NCBI GenBank assembly: GCA_045645065.1 | Contig: JAZRIB010000012.1 | Span: 5,282-69,281, forward strand | Reading direction: 5' to 3' | DNA from: Candidatus Enterousia sp. | GTDB lineage: Bacteria; Pseudomonadota; Alphaproteobacteria; Rs-D84 | Length of the DNA: 64,000 bases | Shown here: positions 9,209-18,526 of the stretch, piece after piece | Layout of the letters: every line of letters starts with the position of its first letter | Numbering within the stretch: the first letter of the stretch is position 1 | Made by a program: the position numbers and the translations under genes | The notes under the pieces: model-generated | What the model saw: the letters and a program-made list of their open reading frames with translations, nothing else | Databases searched by the model: none | What the model was told of the DNA's origin: nothing

Positions 9209-11395
9209 TTATTCTCCTTGTGCTTCTTGCGATAAATTGTATGTTTCTTCCAAAATTTCTTGTTCAAAGCCGTAATCCAGCAGATCTTGTTCTGTATATT
9301 GAATCCCGGCTTCTCGCAGTGCCCCCCGGATTTTACAGACTGTTTTATTTCTTTCACCATGCTCGTACACACAATTATTTTTCTTCATATAATTGGTGAT
9401 GAATTGGTGTAGATCACAATCTGTGCGTGCGTTTGTTGGAAAATGGTAAGTGTTTTTTACAAAATGTTCTTTCTTGTATTCTTCTCGCCATCTCAATTGC
9501 ACCATGTTCTTGTCATCGCATAGCAATTCTTGCAGCTTTCCTGTGTCGTGGCGTATGATCCTAGGTCGCCGCGTTAGACGTGCCGGATCATTACAGGCTT
9601 TATCTGCATGTGTCAAATCCAGTTTTTTTGCTAAATGCTCCCATACGTACTTGTACTCGTCTACAGATGTCGGAATGTCTGACTTTTCCGGATCAAGTGC
9701 CACCATAATATGTATTGATTTTTTTCCACTAAAAACCGCACGATAAACAACGCCATTAGCTTGTAGCTTTTGCAGCTTTTCTTTTTGCCAAGCTAATGAT
9801 TCTTCGGTGGATTTGCCTGGGATGTCATCAATTTCGAAAAGAAAACGTTGCAAGTGCACATTGTTCTGGGTTCGGATCGTTTTGTGCCCTTCGGTTGGCT
9901 GCGATGACTTGAAATCGTTGATGCATTCAAATTCACCGACTGGCGATTCAGAGTACAGATCGAAGGGACGCTTTTCTGCTTTTAGGTTATCTGTAGGATC
10001 AGCGTCTAAAAAAGACAGATCCAACATTTCCGCCAGTTTATTGTAGGCTTCTAAATAGCTGTACCGCTGAACAGAATAAGTTGGGCACAAGTGATTCAGA
10101 ATATCATCTTTGCTGGTCAGGATTTCGTATTGATCTTTACCATTATCTTTTACATGGTTGTTGGCAATCAAATCCGTAATAATCGCATTGAATTCCTTCT
10201 GAGAAAAACTTCGCTTGCGTTTTGAAGTGTATACCCGGCAGTTGGCAGTTTTTATCATAATAGGTGGATATTCGTCTTTTATAGATTCTACATACCCCAT
10301 AAAAGAATCCCTAAATCCCCCGGTCATTTTGCGAGTGTTCAACAAGTCCATGTCCAAAGTTGTTACCATGTTTTCTCGGATAAATGTACTTTCAGAAAAT
10401 GTTTTTTTATTATCATTCTTTTTTGGAATTTTGGTAATTTGGTAATAATAAAAATAAGCCATCAAAATATTCTTGAATAACAGGCGTTTTTCTTCCGGTG
10501 TTACCTTTTCGTAGTTCAAAAAATCTTGGTAATTATCGGTATTTTTCTTTGGAATGGGGCATTCAGCAAACGGCAGAAAAGATATGCGGCGATCAACATT
10601 TGTTTTTAGCCTATGATTTGAAGCGCCAACAATACACGTTTTTACATCGTGTGATATAAAATCTTTTCCTTTTCTTTCATATCGTATTGTATTTTGTTCG
10701 ATCAAGTTTTTTAGCAGATCGTCCGCCAAATCAAAATCATTAGACCATTCATTGATGATGCTTAGGCCATCTATAAAATCGTTAGTCGAGTGAAAGCCCT
10801 GGCCGAATAGCCCTTTTGATGTAGTTTCAAGAGTTGGAAAACCGAGTTCTGCAACCGTTTCTTTTATAGCTTTTACACGAAACGTTTTGCCTGTATGACC
10901 TTCTGCAGAATAAAATAGCATCATGGTCGGTTCGATATCAAAATGTACGTCTGGAAATACGGTGTTTGATAAGTGTTTCAAAAAAGCATCAAACTTTACT
11001 AAGTTGTTATCAAATTCGCCGATTGTACTTGGACATAAGTACCAAGCTATAGCGCGCAGTACGTCTGTTTTTGTAGGACGCGGCATTAGTTCGAATTTTG
11101 CAAAAGCTTCATTCTTTTTTTCTTCTGCCATCTCTTTGATAAAAACGGGCAGTCTTGCGTCCATCGAATTTTTGATCAGAGTCAACAACTTGGAATCAGT
11201 CACTAAGCGATCCAATCGGATTTGGTCATTTTGTGACTTTTTACCATTTGTATCGTATATTGGATGTTTATGAATCCATTCTGTGATAAATTTTCTGGTA
11301 TCATCTATGTTGTGTTCGCGCGTTGCGGTAACCGGCAATAAACGATCAACAACATAGTCACAGACTTCGGTATATTTTATTGGGGATTTCTGCAT
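9209..11395 (-). CDS. Helicase-primase: N-terminal SF3/VirE-like P-loop ATPase plus C-terminal AEP (prim-pol)-like domain
   Basis: Walker A YSAEGHTGKT, Walker B LSIINEW and IVGASN in the first half. The second half has FLFEIDDIP, FSGKKSIHIMV and DKACNDPARLTRRP, resembling AEP motifs I-III. Confidence 0.65.
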   Translation of the reverse strand: MQKSPIKYTEVCDYVVDRLLPVTATREHNIDDTRKFITEWIHKHPIYDTNGKKSQNDQIRLDRLVTDSKLLTLIKNSMDARLPVFIKEMAEEKKNEAFAKFELMPRPTKTDVLRAIAWYLCPSTIGEFDNNLVKFDAFLKHLSNTVFPDVHFDIEPTMMLFYSAEGHTGKTFRVKAIKETVAELGFPTLETTSKGLFGQGFHSTNDFIDGLSIINEWSNDFDLADDLLKNLIEQNTIRYERKGKDFISHDVKTCIVGASNHRLKTNVDRRISFLPFAECPIPKKNTDNYQDFLNYEKVTPEEKRLLFKNILMAYFYYYQITKIPKKNDNKKTFSESTFIRENMVTTLDMDLLNTRKMTGGFRDSFMGYVESIKDEYPPIMIKTANCRVYTSKRKRSFSQKEFNAIITDLIANNHVKDNGKDQYEILTSKDDILNHLCPTYSVQRYSYLEAYNKLAEMLDLSFLDADPTDNLKAEKRPFDLYSESPVGEFECINDFKSSQPTEGHKTIRTQNNVHLQRFLFEIDDIPGKSTEESLAWQKEKLQKLQANGVVYRAVFSGKKSIHIMVALDPEKSDIPTSVDEYKYVWEHLAKKLDLTHADKACNDPARLTRRPRIIRHDTGKLQELLCDDKNMVQLRWREEYKKEHFVKNTYHFPTNARTDCDLHQFITNYMKKNNCVYEHGERNKTVCKIRGALREAGIQYTEQDLLDYGFEQEILEETYNLSQEAQGE

Positions 11396-11441
11396 TTTAT
11401 TACTCCTTTATTCCTTTGCTGTTATCCCATAAAAAATACAC

Positions 11442-11552
11442 TTGCCAAGTCGTGAAAAGTAATGTATACTATTACACGTAGTTTCGCAAAACTATATGAC
11501 AAGTGCATTTAGCCTTGTTTATCCTGATCTAGTCCATCAGGATTTTTTTTGT
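11442..11552 (+). ncRNA. Candidate ~75-nt small RNA with its own promoter, divergent from the helicase-primase gene
   Basis: TTGCCA (11442-47), 17-nt spacer, TATACT (11465-70). Two hairpins: TAGTTT-cgca-AAACTA and ATCCTGAT-ctagtcc-ATCAGGAT (11521-43), followed by T8. Confidence 0.3.
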
Positions 11553-11702
11553 CCAAAAATTATGACTTTTGAACGAATCGAATAATAACTGGGGAATGTC
11601 AAAAAGTCAAGACAAAAATATACAATTCTACGATAATATCACAGAATCAAATCGCAAAACCAAACAAAAATAACATAAATACAAATAAAAATGTGAAAAA
11701 AC

Positions 11703-11731
11703 TTGACAATTGTTTGTGGCGCTGGTATGCT
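11703..11731 (+). promoter_or_regulatory. Sigma70-like promoter for the ATPase gene
   Basis: TTGACA, 17-nt spacer, TATGCT, about 28 nt upstream of ATG 11759. Confidence 0.45.
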
Positions 11732-11758
11732 TTGTCTAAATAAAAGAAAGGGCACTTC

Positions 11759-13024
11759 ATGCTGATAAGTTTTACAGTCGAGAATTTTTTGTCATTCAAA
11801 GATCGTGTTGAGTTTTCTATGAAGAAGGCTAGTAAGTCTCCTGCTGGGATAGAAAAAGTAAAGGATGGCGTTCTAAATGCAGCTTGTATATATGGTGCAA
11901 ATGATTCTGGAAAAACCAATTTATTGAAGGCTATACAGTTTGTGTTAGAAGCTATAAATGTCGGCGACGTCTCTCGTATATATGAATCACGTTATAGTTT
12001 TGTGCCAAATGACTATACGGTATCTAAATTCGAATTATGTTTTAGACAGAATAAACATGTATATAAATATGTGTTGGAATGCAATATGCTGTCAGTAAGT
12101 AAAGAAGAGTTGTATTGTGATAATAAAACAATTTTCAAACGCTCAGGAGAAGAAATAACAGATTATGGCATATTGGCGGATATGGATTATTATTCGCACA
12201 GAATGTTTTCGAAATCGAGCTTATTTTTGAGCAAATTGTATATTGATAATGTATTATATGAAAAAGATCTAAAGCACCAAAGATTTTTTCAAGATGTTGC
12301 TAACTGGTTTCGGTCAGTAGTTTTAGCTTATTCTGATGATGCAAATAAAACTGTTTTTTATAATTATGTTGAGCCAGAAGATATCAGGGTATTTGGTGGC
12401 GTAAATGGTTTGGAAATGTATTTGCAGCAATTCTTGCCAAAGATAAATTCAGAAATTACAGGTGCTGAATGGGGGTGGGTTGAAGGGAACGAGCTAAAAG
12501 AAATAAGTCTTTCTGTATATGCTAAATTTGGGGAAAAAGCTCCAGAAGGACTATTTATTAGAAAAAACGATAATTTCTTTATATGGAAAAAAAGCAAGTT
12601 AGGGGTGTCGACATGTAAAAAGCTTTCTCTGTTTAGAAACGGAACTCTTTTTGAAACGTCTTGGTTGTCAGAAGGTATCAAAAAAATAATAGAGCTGTCG
12701 TTGTCGTTCTTTTTGATAGAATTTGCAAACTCAGTGGTTTTGATTGATGATTTAGATGCGCGTTTACATCCGCTAATGGTTAGACAACTTTTACAAAAAT
12801 CAATGGGGTCTACTCGCCAATCTCAGCTTATAACAACATTACATAATATAAATTTGATAGGTACTGATTTGTGGCGTGTAGATCAAATATGGTTTACGCA
12901 AAGAAAACTAGAATCTGGAACAGAATTGTATTCTTTGCAACGATTTTCGCCACGTTTTGATAAGGATGTCTTGAAAGAGTATACAAAGGGTGTGTATGGC
13001 GCTCTTCCAAATTACATACTTTGA
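11759..13024 (+). CDS. Orphan ABC/SMC-like AAA ATPase (AAA_15/AAA_21 type)
   Basis: MLISFTVENFLSFKD..YGANDSGKTNLLKAI (Walker A), VVLIDDLDARLHP (Walker B/D-loop), TTLHN. Confidence 0.8.
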   Translation: MLISFTVENFLSFKDRVEFSMKKASKSPAGIEKVKDGVLNAACIYGANDSGKTNLLKAIQFVLEAINVGDVSRIYESRYSFVPNDYTVSKFELCFRQNKHVYKYVLECNMLSVSKEELYCDNKTIFKRSGEEITDYGILADMDYYSHRMFSKSSLFLSKLYIDNVLYEKDLKHQRFFQDVANWFRSVVLAYSDDANKTVFYNYVEPEDIRVFGGVNGLEMYLQQFLPKINSEITGAEWGWVEGNELKEISLSVYAKFGEKAPEGLFIRKNDNFFIWKKSKLGVSTCKKLSLFRNGTLFETSWLSEGIKKIIELSLSFFLIEFANSVVLIDDLDARLHPLMVRQLLQKSMGSTRQSQLITTLHNINLIGTDLWRVDQIWFTQRKLESGTELYSLQRFSPRFDKDVLKEYTKGVYGALPNYIL

Positions 13025-13034
13025 TATATAGCTG

Positions 13035-13214
13035 TTATCTGGTACTGCGTATTCCGTTGGATGTGAACACCACCTGTTGACCAGTATTGCTTATAACTAC
13101 TATTTTATCGCCTTCGTGGTACGCATTTTTTGCGTACATTACCCGACTAATATAGTTGCCATATATATTTTCTATAATTACATGCTCTCCCTGCCATCTG
13201 AATCTGATCGCCAT
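13035..13214 (-). CDS. Possible 59-aa ORF directly downstream of the small recombinase gene
   Basis: Own translation MAIRFRWQGEHVIIENIYGNYISRVMYAKNAYHEGDKIVVISNTGQQVVFTSNGIRSTR. Below the ORF-track size cut-off. AAGG-type RBS. Confidence 0.25.
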   Translation of the reverse strand: MAIRFRWQGEHVIIENIYGNYISRVMYAKNAYHEGDKIVVISNTGQQVVFTSNGIRSTR

Positions 13215-13229
13215 TTTTTACCTTTTGTC

Positions 13230-13814
13230 CTATATTTTAGCGGTTTCTACTGCGTTCAACAGCTGAGCCGGGTTTGAGTTATAATATCTCTGAGTCGTTT
13301 GTACAGACTTGTGGTTCGCGAGCTGCTTCACTAGGAACGGGTTGATCCCGTTGTTGATCATTTTGGTGATAAACATATGTCTGCCTAAATGAGATGCCCC
13401 ATGGATGCCAAACTTTTTATAAATATTGCTAAATATGCGACAAATAGACACGCGATTGAATGGTTTGTTCATTTTTTGAGAAGTAAAAAGATATGTGTTC
13501 GCATCCAATTTATCGCCATATTTGGCGGCCATATAGCTGTAATAAGACTCTAACTCCTTTTTGAACTGATTGTTGACGTAATATTTGGCAGAAAATTTCC
13601 CTTTATTCTTGGAACTACTCAATTCGATGATCTCTTTTGCCGAACCATCGTTATTGAAAACATCTTTGACCTGCAGGCATCTAAAATTGATGCAACGCAG
13701 TCCATTTAGAGAGCAGAAGAACATCATACGCATCATTTCGCTATGTCTGATGCCTTTTATATACGTCAAAATATCTTTTATCTTCGTATCTTTTACATAT
13801 TCTTGGTTTACCAT
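13230..13814 (-). CDS. Small tyrosine recombinase (catalytic core only)
   Basis: LNGLRCINFRCLQVKDV (Arg I) and GASHLGRHMFIT..LANHKSVQTTQRYY (HxxR, H, Y). Confidence 0.8.
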   Translation of the reverse strand: MVNQEYVKDTKIKDILTYIKGIRHSEMMRMMFFCSLNGLRCINFRCLQVKDVFNNDGSAKEIIELSSSKNKGKFSAKYYVNNQFKKELESYYSYMAAKYGDKLDANTYLFTSQKMNKPFNRVSICRIFSNIYKKFGIHGASHLGRHMFITKMINNGINPFLVKQLANHKSVQTTQRYYNSNPAQLLNAVETAKI

Positions 13815-13993
13815 AACTTATCCTTAGTATAATGTTACTATTTATATATATGTTATGATAGTGTAACATTTTACTGTTGTCAAGATATTAAACACAAAAG
13901 ACAATCTTGGTTTTCTGCGTATTACAGAGATAATGTAACAAAATACATATTTTGTAGCATTATTTATTAGAGTGATTTGCAGCTTCAGTTGAT

Positions 13994-15439
13994 TTAGCTT
14001 GCTTTATAATCATATTCTAGATGTTTTAGGTTGTCTGGTAATTGTCCGCTAAACAGTAAATTTAGGTGTGGATATGTAATCAGGTTTACTGCATGGATCA
14101 TTTTCATGGGCAAACGATCAAAGCTTTGTTTGTTGTATACTCTGGAAGAAATACCACGTCCAGATGGTTTGTTGCCTGCAATCGCTTCCAGCATGTCTTT
14201 TGATACGTTTTGCTCATTGTGGCTGTAAAAGCTTTCCTTTAGACTATGCATGTCTAATAAAAATTGGTCGTTTGTGTGTGGTTTTATTCCTATAACTTTG
14301 AATAGAACATTTACACATTCGTTCATAACTTTTGGTCTGTATCCCTGTTTGTTCTTATTTTGAATTACTTCTTCGAAAATAAAGGCTTGGGATCCGCATC
14401 TTAGTTCGTGTCGTTTTATATATTCGATCAGACCAAGCTCTTCCAATACTGTTGCGATTGGTATTTTACGTTCAGAATCCATTGTTTTGAGTTTTTTATA
14501 GGTTTCTCTTAGGTCACCTTGTTGAATAATTGTTTCATTCCTGGATATTGTTATAGTCTTGTTGCGGCAATTTACGTCTTTGTGTCTAATGGTTATTGCT
14601 CCACATGCCCTTGAACCGGTAAATAAACAGATAAGAATGACATAACTGATCTGTATAGGGTATCGTTTGATTGTATCTACTCGATTTAGCTCCGCACTAG
14701 ATAAATTGATAGGCTGATTCAAAAATGTAGTGTCTTGGTGTAGCAATTTATCAAGGCACTCAAATAGCTTCTCGAAATCAGGTTCGGATAAAGGTTCTCT
14801 ACGAATTGATACACCAAAGCCTTTTATCTTACGTATTTGCAGTTTTGATATAAGTTTGTCAGCATTATCTATCCATTCTCTATCTGCAGCATGATTTATA
14901 ACCTGACGAAGCAATAATAGATAATTTTTCAATGTTTTTGCTGATATTGTTTTCCCTTTGTGTGTCCCTGCTTGTATAGGCGTATCCCTAAATTTATTTA
15001 TCATGGTGTATATAAGATCTGGTTGTGCAGCTAAATCTTCTATATATCTGCACCCCAAGAACTCTGCAACTCTTATGATATAGGCTCTGTTGTTACGTAG
15101 CCTTATTTCATTCTTACATTGATGCTGCAAACTGTCCCATGTCTTTACAATATCATGTTTTACTAAGGTTTTTTTGGGAGCTAATATACTAGCGGAATTT
15201 ATGTGACGAAAAGATGAGATAATGGGGGTTGATTGGATAGGGGTGTTGGATAAATTCTGTGATAAAATCTGTCTAAGTAAAAAGACGGCAACATAAGGAT
15301 CAGACGTGTGCAGGGACTTATAAATACGCTTTCCGTTGATTTGTTGTCGATAATAATAAACACCATTCCTAATACTCAAATTACGACAGACTGGTATCAA
15401 AGTGGTATCAAAGTTACGGGAAAATAAAAAAGATTGCAT
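13994..15439 (-). CDS. Tyrosine integrase (P4-like size), adjacent to tRNA-Asn
   Basis: N-terminal NGVYYYRQQINGKRIYKSLHTSD arm-binding-like region and FTGSRACGAITIRHKDV core. Position abuts the 3' end of the tRNA. Confidence 0.75.
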   Translation of the reverse strand: MQSFLFSRNFDTTLIPVCRNLSIRNGVYYYRQQINGKRIYKSLHTSDPYVAVFLLRQILSQNLSNTPIQSTPIISSFRHINSASILAPKKTLVKHDIVKTWDSLQHQCKNEIRLRNNRAYIIRVAEFLGCRYIEDLAAQPDLIYTMINKFRDTPIQAGTHKGKTISAKTLKNYLLLLRQVINHAADREWIDNADKLISKLQIRKIKGFGVSIRREPLSEPDFEKLFECLDKLLHQDTTFLNQPINLSSAELNRVDTIKRYPIQISYVILICLFTGSRACGAITIRHKDVNCRNKTITISRNETIIQQGDLRETYKKLKTMDSERKIPIATVLEELGLIEYIKRHELRCGSQAFIFEEVIQNKNKQGYRPKVMNECVNVLFKVIGIKPHTNDQFLLDMHSLKESFYSHNEQNVSKDMLEAIAGNKPSGRGISSRVYNKQSFDRLPMKMIHAVNLITYPHLNLLFSGQLPDNLKHLEYDYKAS

Positions 15440-15506
15440 ATCCTACCTTTCTATCTGTCTGCAATCTCAAGCAAACTAGGCAATCTATGCAATCTTCTCT
15501 AATTCG

Positions 15507-15582
15507 TGGCTCGGGCAACTGGACTCGAACCAGTGACATACGGATTAACAGTCCGTTGTTCTACCGACTGAACTATGCCCGA
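15507..15582 (-). tRNA. tRNA-Asn (anticodon GTT)
   Basis: Reverse complement TCGGGCATAGTTCAGTCGGTAGAACAACGGACTGTTAATCCGTATGTCACTGGTTCGAGTCCAGTTGCCCGAGCCA. Cloverleaf folds by eye, CCA is encoded, and it is near-identical in its arms to E. coli tRNA-Asn. Confidence 0.92.
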
Positions 15583-16084
15583 ATAGCGAACACAATATTA
15601 TATCAAACCGTCGCATAAGTCAAGCATTTTTTGAATGTTGTCATAATGCCGTGTTGCGGGCAGAAATCCGTGTTTTTTGTGGTGCTGAACGGTGTGGGTG
15701 AAATGTGTAAAACTTTTTTCATTGTTGCGTGTTGGGCTGTTCGCATATGCATTTTATTACCCATTATGCAACGCGCAATTACAAAGTGACCCCGTTTGCA
15801 GATGTTTGTGCGTGAATAGATGGCGTGGCGTCTGCCAGATTACAAACGACTTAAGATTCATACTTTTTTGGCCTGTGTGGGGCTGATGTACCACTATAAT
15901 GTTAGATTTGAAATGGTCCATGCCACCGCATTATTATCATACTATTCGTTTATATTTGCAGCGTAAACCACAGATTTCTGTAATTGCGCCAATGCACAAT
16001 TTGTTATAAAAAAACGATTGTATTAGATTTTCAAATTGTTTATCATGAATGCAAGAATAAATATGAAAATGTACGGAGAAAAAG

Positions 16085-17305
16085 ATGCTAAAACTAACGC
16101 AAGAAACGTTAAATCTGGGGTTAATACGGCGCATAATGTTGTCTGTATTGGTCTGGGCGATTGGCGTTATTTATCATGTTGATGTTTATGCAGCATGGCA
16201 CACTGGTTGGGTGGAGTCTTCTTGTACAACAAACGATGATGGTGGTTATATATTTCGTTCGGGAAAGAACGAGAATAACGGCGCTAACTGTTGTGGTGTT
16301 GCTTATGGTTCAACTTTTTACTATGCCCCTATTAAGGTATTGAACAATATGGTTAGGGTATATGACAAAGCAAACAGTACGATGACAACACTTATGGCTT
16401 GGGCGGGTGAAAAAGAAGATGACGATACAAGCAAGGTTGTCTGTATGGATAAGAGTATGCATGACGCTATGATTTCATTTTTTGCCCAAAGCTGTAAAGA
16501 TACGTGGTGTGAAAGTAATCAAGAACTAGATGAAGATGTTTACGGCACATCGATTGCAACAGGTCAGCCAGCCTTAACTACCTCAAATGTTCATGTGCCG
16601 ACGGGGGATTCAAAATGGCACAATCGTCGTCGTTTCCAGTGTTGGGACGCAGATGTTTCTGATTTTTATGGTGGTGAGTTTACCACAGGTGCGTATTACC
16701 TGACTGGCTATGCGTATCCTGTATTGTTGGTTGGTGGTGGTTTTAGTTCTGCGTATGAAAATTTATACACCGGCGACTGCAAATCTAAATCTTCCCATGC
16801 GTACAGACTTAACCCGTCTAAACCATGTTGGAACACCGAAACTGATTCAGGACCACTTGCTGGTCCGAATTACGGGTGTCTTCAGACATGTCCAAAGGGA
16901 TATTATTGCCCGCAGGATACGCCGTTGGGGGATTTTTTCTTTGATAGCAGGGTTTCTAGAACAGAAGTTATTAATGGTGTCCTGACAAGTTTTTATGAAA
17001 ACGGTCGTAGACCATATGGTGGGGCGCTTCAATGCAAGCCTGGTTCGTACAACAGTACAGCTGGCAGTAGGTCATGCAAACCGTGCGCTGACGGTACGTA
17101 TCAGTCTTTGTATGCGCAAAGTTCATGCAACACATGTCCATCGACCAGCCAGTATGACACATCGGGGAATGTTATGGACAGCATAACCGGCACAACTTCA
17201 GCTGGTGCAAAATCTGAAACAGATTGTTATTTGGTTTCAAATGGTAATCTGTTGGCGGGGGGAATTGGATTATTTACGTTTACGGGTGAGTGTTATTATT
17301 CCTAA
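16085..17305 (+). CDS. Secreted or membrane-anchored Cys-rich protein with ephrin-receptor-like (GCC2_GCC3/TNFR-like) repeats
   Basis: N-terminal hydrophobic segment. CPKGYYCPQD, CKPGSYNSTAGSRSCKPCADGTYQS..SCNTCPS. Ends CYYS. Confidence 0.6.
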   Translation: MLKLTQETLNLGLIRRIMLSVLVWAIGVIYHVDVYAAWHTGWVESSCTTNDDGGYIFRSGKNENNGANCCGVAYGSTFYYAPIKVLNNMVRVYDKANSTMTTLMAWAGEKEDDDTSKVVCMDKSMHDAMISFFAQSCKDTWCESNQELDEDVYGTSIATGQPALTTSNVHVPTGDSKWHNRRRFQCWDADVSDFYGGEFTTGAYYLTGYAYPVLLVGGGFSSAYENLYTGDCKSKSSHAYRLNPSKPCWNTETDSGPLAGPNYGCLQTCPKGYYCPQDTPLGDFFFDSRVSRTEVINGVLTSFYENGRRPYGGALQCKPGSYNSTAGSRSCKPCADGTYQSLYAQSSCNTCPSTSQYDTSGNVMDSITGTTSAGAKSETDCYLVSNGNLLAGGIGLFTFTGECYYS

Positions 17306-17459
17306 AACCTGTAAAGCAAAAAATATAAATTTTTTCATAAAAAAAATATTGATTTATATCGGTGTGATATATTACAATCACACACAAAGGGATACAAAGG
17401 AACAAAAACATACATAAAAGACCGGAAATCCGGTATACGCAGTGGGGGGCGCCAAAAAT

Positions 17460-18374
17460 ATGAATCTTATTAAATTGAATCCATTCAAGAAATTAATGCT
17501 GGTTGTTCTGTCATGGTTTGTGCATTCGGTGTATAATGTTGATTGTTACGCATGGACGGCTAAGGCATGTGCTGCGGCATCAAATTGTGACGCGGCGGGT
17601 ACTTGTAATCAGTACAGGGCATCATGTTGTGGTTCCGGTTATTATATAGCTCACAATGGCGCCGCGTTAAGCAAATATGGTTATTATGTATATCGTACAA
17701 ATAATACTGCAAGTATCGCATATCCAAATACAACACTGGTTTGTTTGACTGAAACGGATTATAGTGATGCTGGTGGAAATAGTGGGACTCCCTGGTGTTG
17801 TGAGTTTTTTAGTCAGGACCTTTTGACTTTTGGTGGTTGCAATGCGTTCCTTAGTTCTGCACAATTATCAGGTGAGCTGCCTATGACTGGTGCTGTGTTA
17901 CACGCAAGTACTCTTAAGGTTACAGCAGATAAGACGGGTGGTATTTATGTTGGTATGTGCCGTTTAACGCCAGGTTACTATGTGTCGGGGATTTCGTGGC
18001 CCAGTACTTCGACCGGTGCAAAAGCAACCATTGCTAAGTGTCCGGCGGGTTATTATTGTCCAGGCGGTTCGATTGGTACTTTTATTTTCAATGCAAGCGG
18101 CATCAGCGCCGGCAAGGGACGTAATCAATGTGGCGCGGGTTATTATTGTAATGGTACCGGGCGTTATTCACGTGTTCTCTGTCCAATTGGGTCTTATACA
18201 TCTTCTGCAACGGCCAGTTTGTGTTCAACGTGTCCATCGCAATCTGGGGTGGCGGGTATAACGGAACAAGCGGGAGCACCATATTTAACAGCTTGTTATA
18301 TTCCCGCGAATTCAGGTATGTCAACATCCGATGGTCATACAATCGCGTTCATAAGCAATTGTTATTATACGTAA
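17460..18374 (+). CDS. Paralogous Cys-rich protein with ephrin-receptor-like repeats
   Basis: ATG 17460 preceded by a GGGGGG RBS. CPAGYYCPGG, CGAGYYCNG, CPIGSYTSSATASLCSTCPS. Ends CYYT. N-terminus is similar to 16085..17305. Confidence 0.6.
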   Translation: MNLIKLNPFKKLMLVVLSWFVHSVYNVDCYAWTAKACAAASNCDAAGTCNQYRASCCGSGYYIAHNGAALSKYGYYVYRTNNTASIAYPNTTLVCLTETDYSDAGGNSGTPWCCEFFSQDLLTFGGCNAFLSSAQLSGELPMTGAVLHASTLKVTADKTGGIYVGMCRLTPGYYVSGISWPSTSTGAKATIAKCPAGYYCPGGSIGTFIFNASGISAGKGRNQCGAGYYCNGTGRYSRVLCPIGSYTSSATASLCSTCPSQSGVAGITEQAGAPYLTACYIPANSGMSTSDGHTIAFISNCYYT

Positions 18375-18526
18375 AAAAATGGTGGTTTGATGAAACGAAA
18401 AAAACTGGAAAAAATAGCGTCTAATTTTTTATGGCAAAACGCTGGGCACAGTATCGGATGTTATGGCGGGGGGAAACGTGTCGGTGATAAAATGCCATGG
18501 AACAATATAAGTAAAAAAGGTTCGTA

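Larger units (their letters stand above)
7290..15506. mobile_element. Integrative element at tRNA-Asn (satellite/P4-like gene set); distal boundary not resolved
   Basis: Integrase next to the tRNA 3' end, a second recombinase, helicase-primase, serine recombinase and an R-M relic. No tRNA-derived direct repeat could be found by eye, so the left end is uncertain (it could extend to ~6.3 kb or further). Confidence 0.55.

Noticed and set aside
15936-15949. 14-nt identity ATCATACTATTCGT shared with 34878..34891 as a possible regulatory box
   Set aside because: For a 64-kb AT-rich window read on both strands, several chance 14-mers are expected. The flanking sequence diverges immediately.
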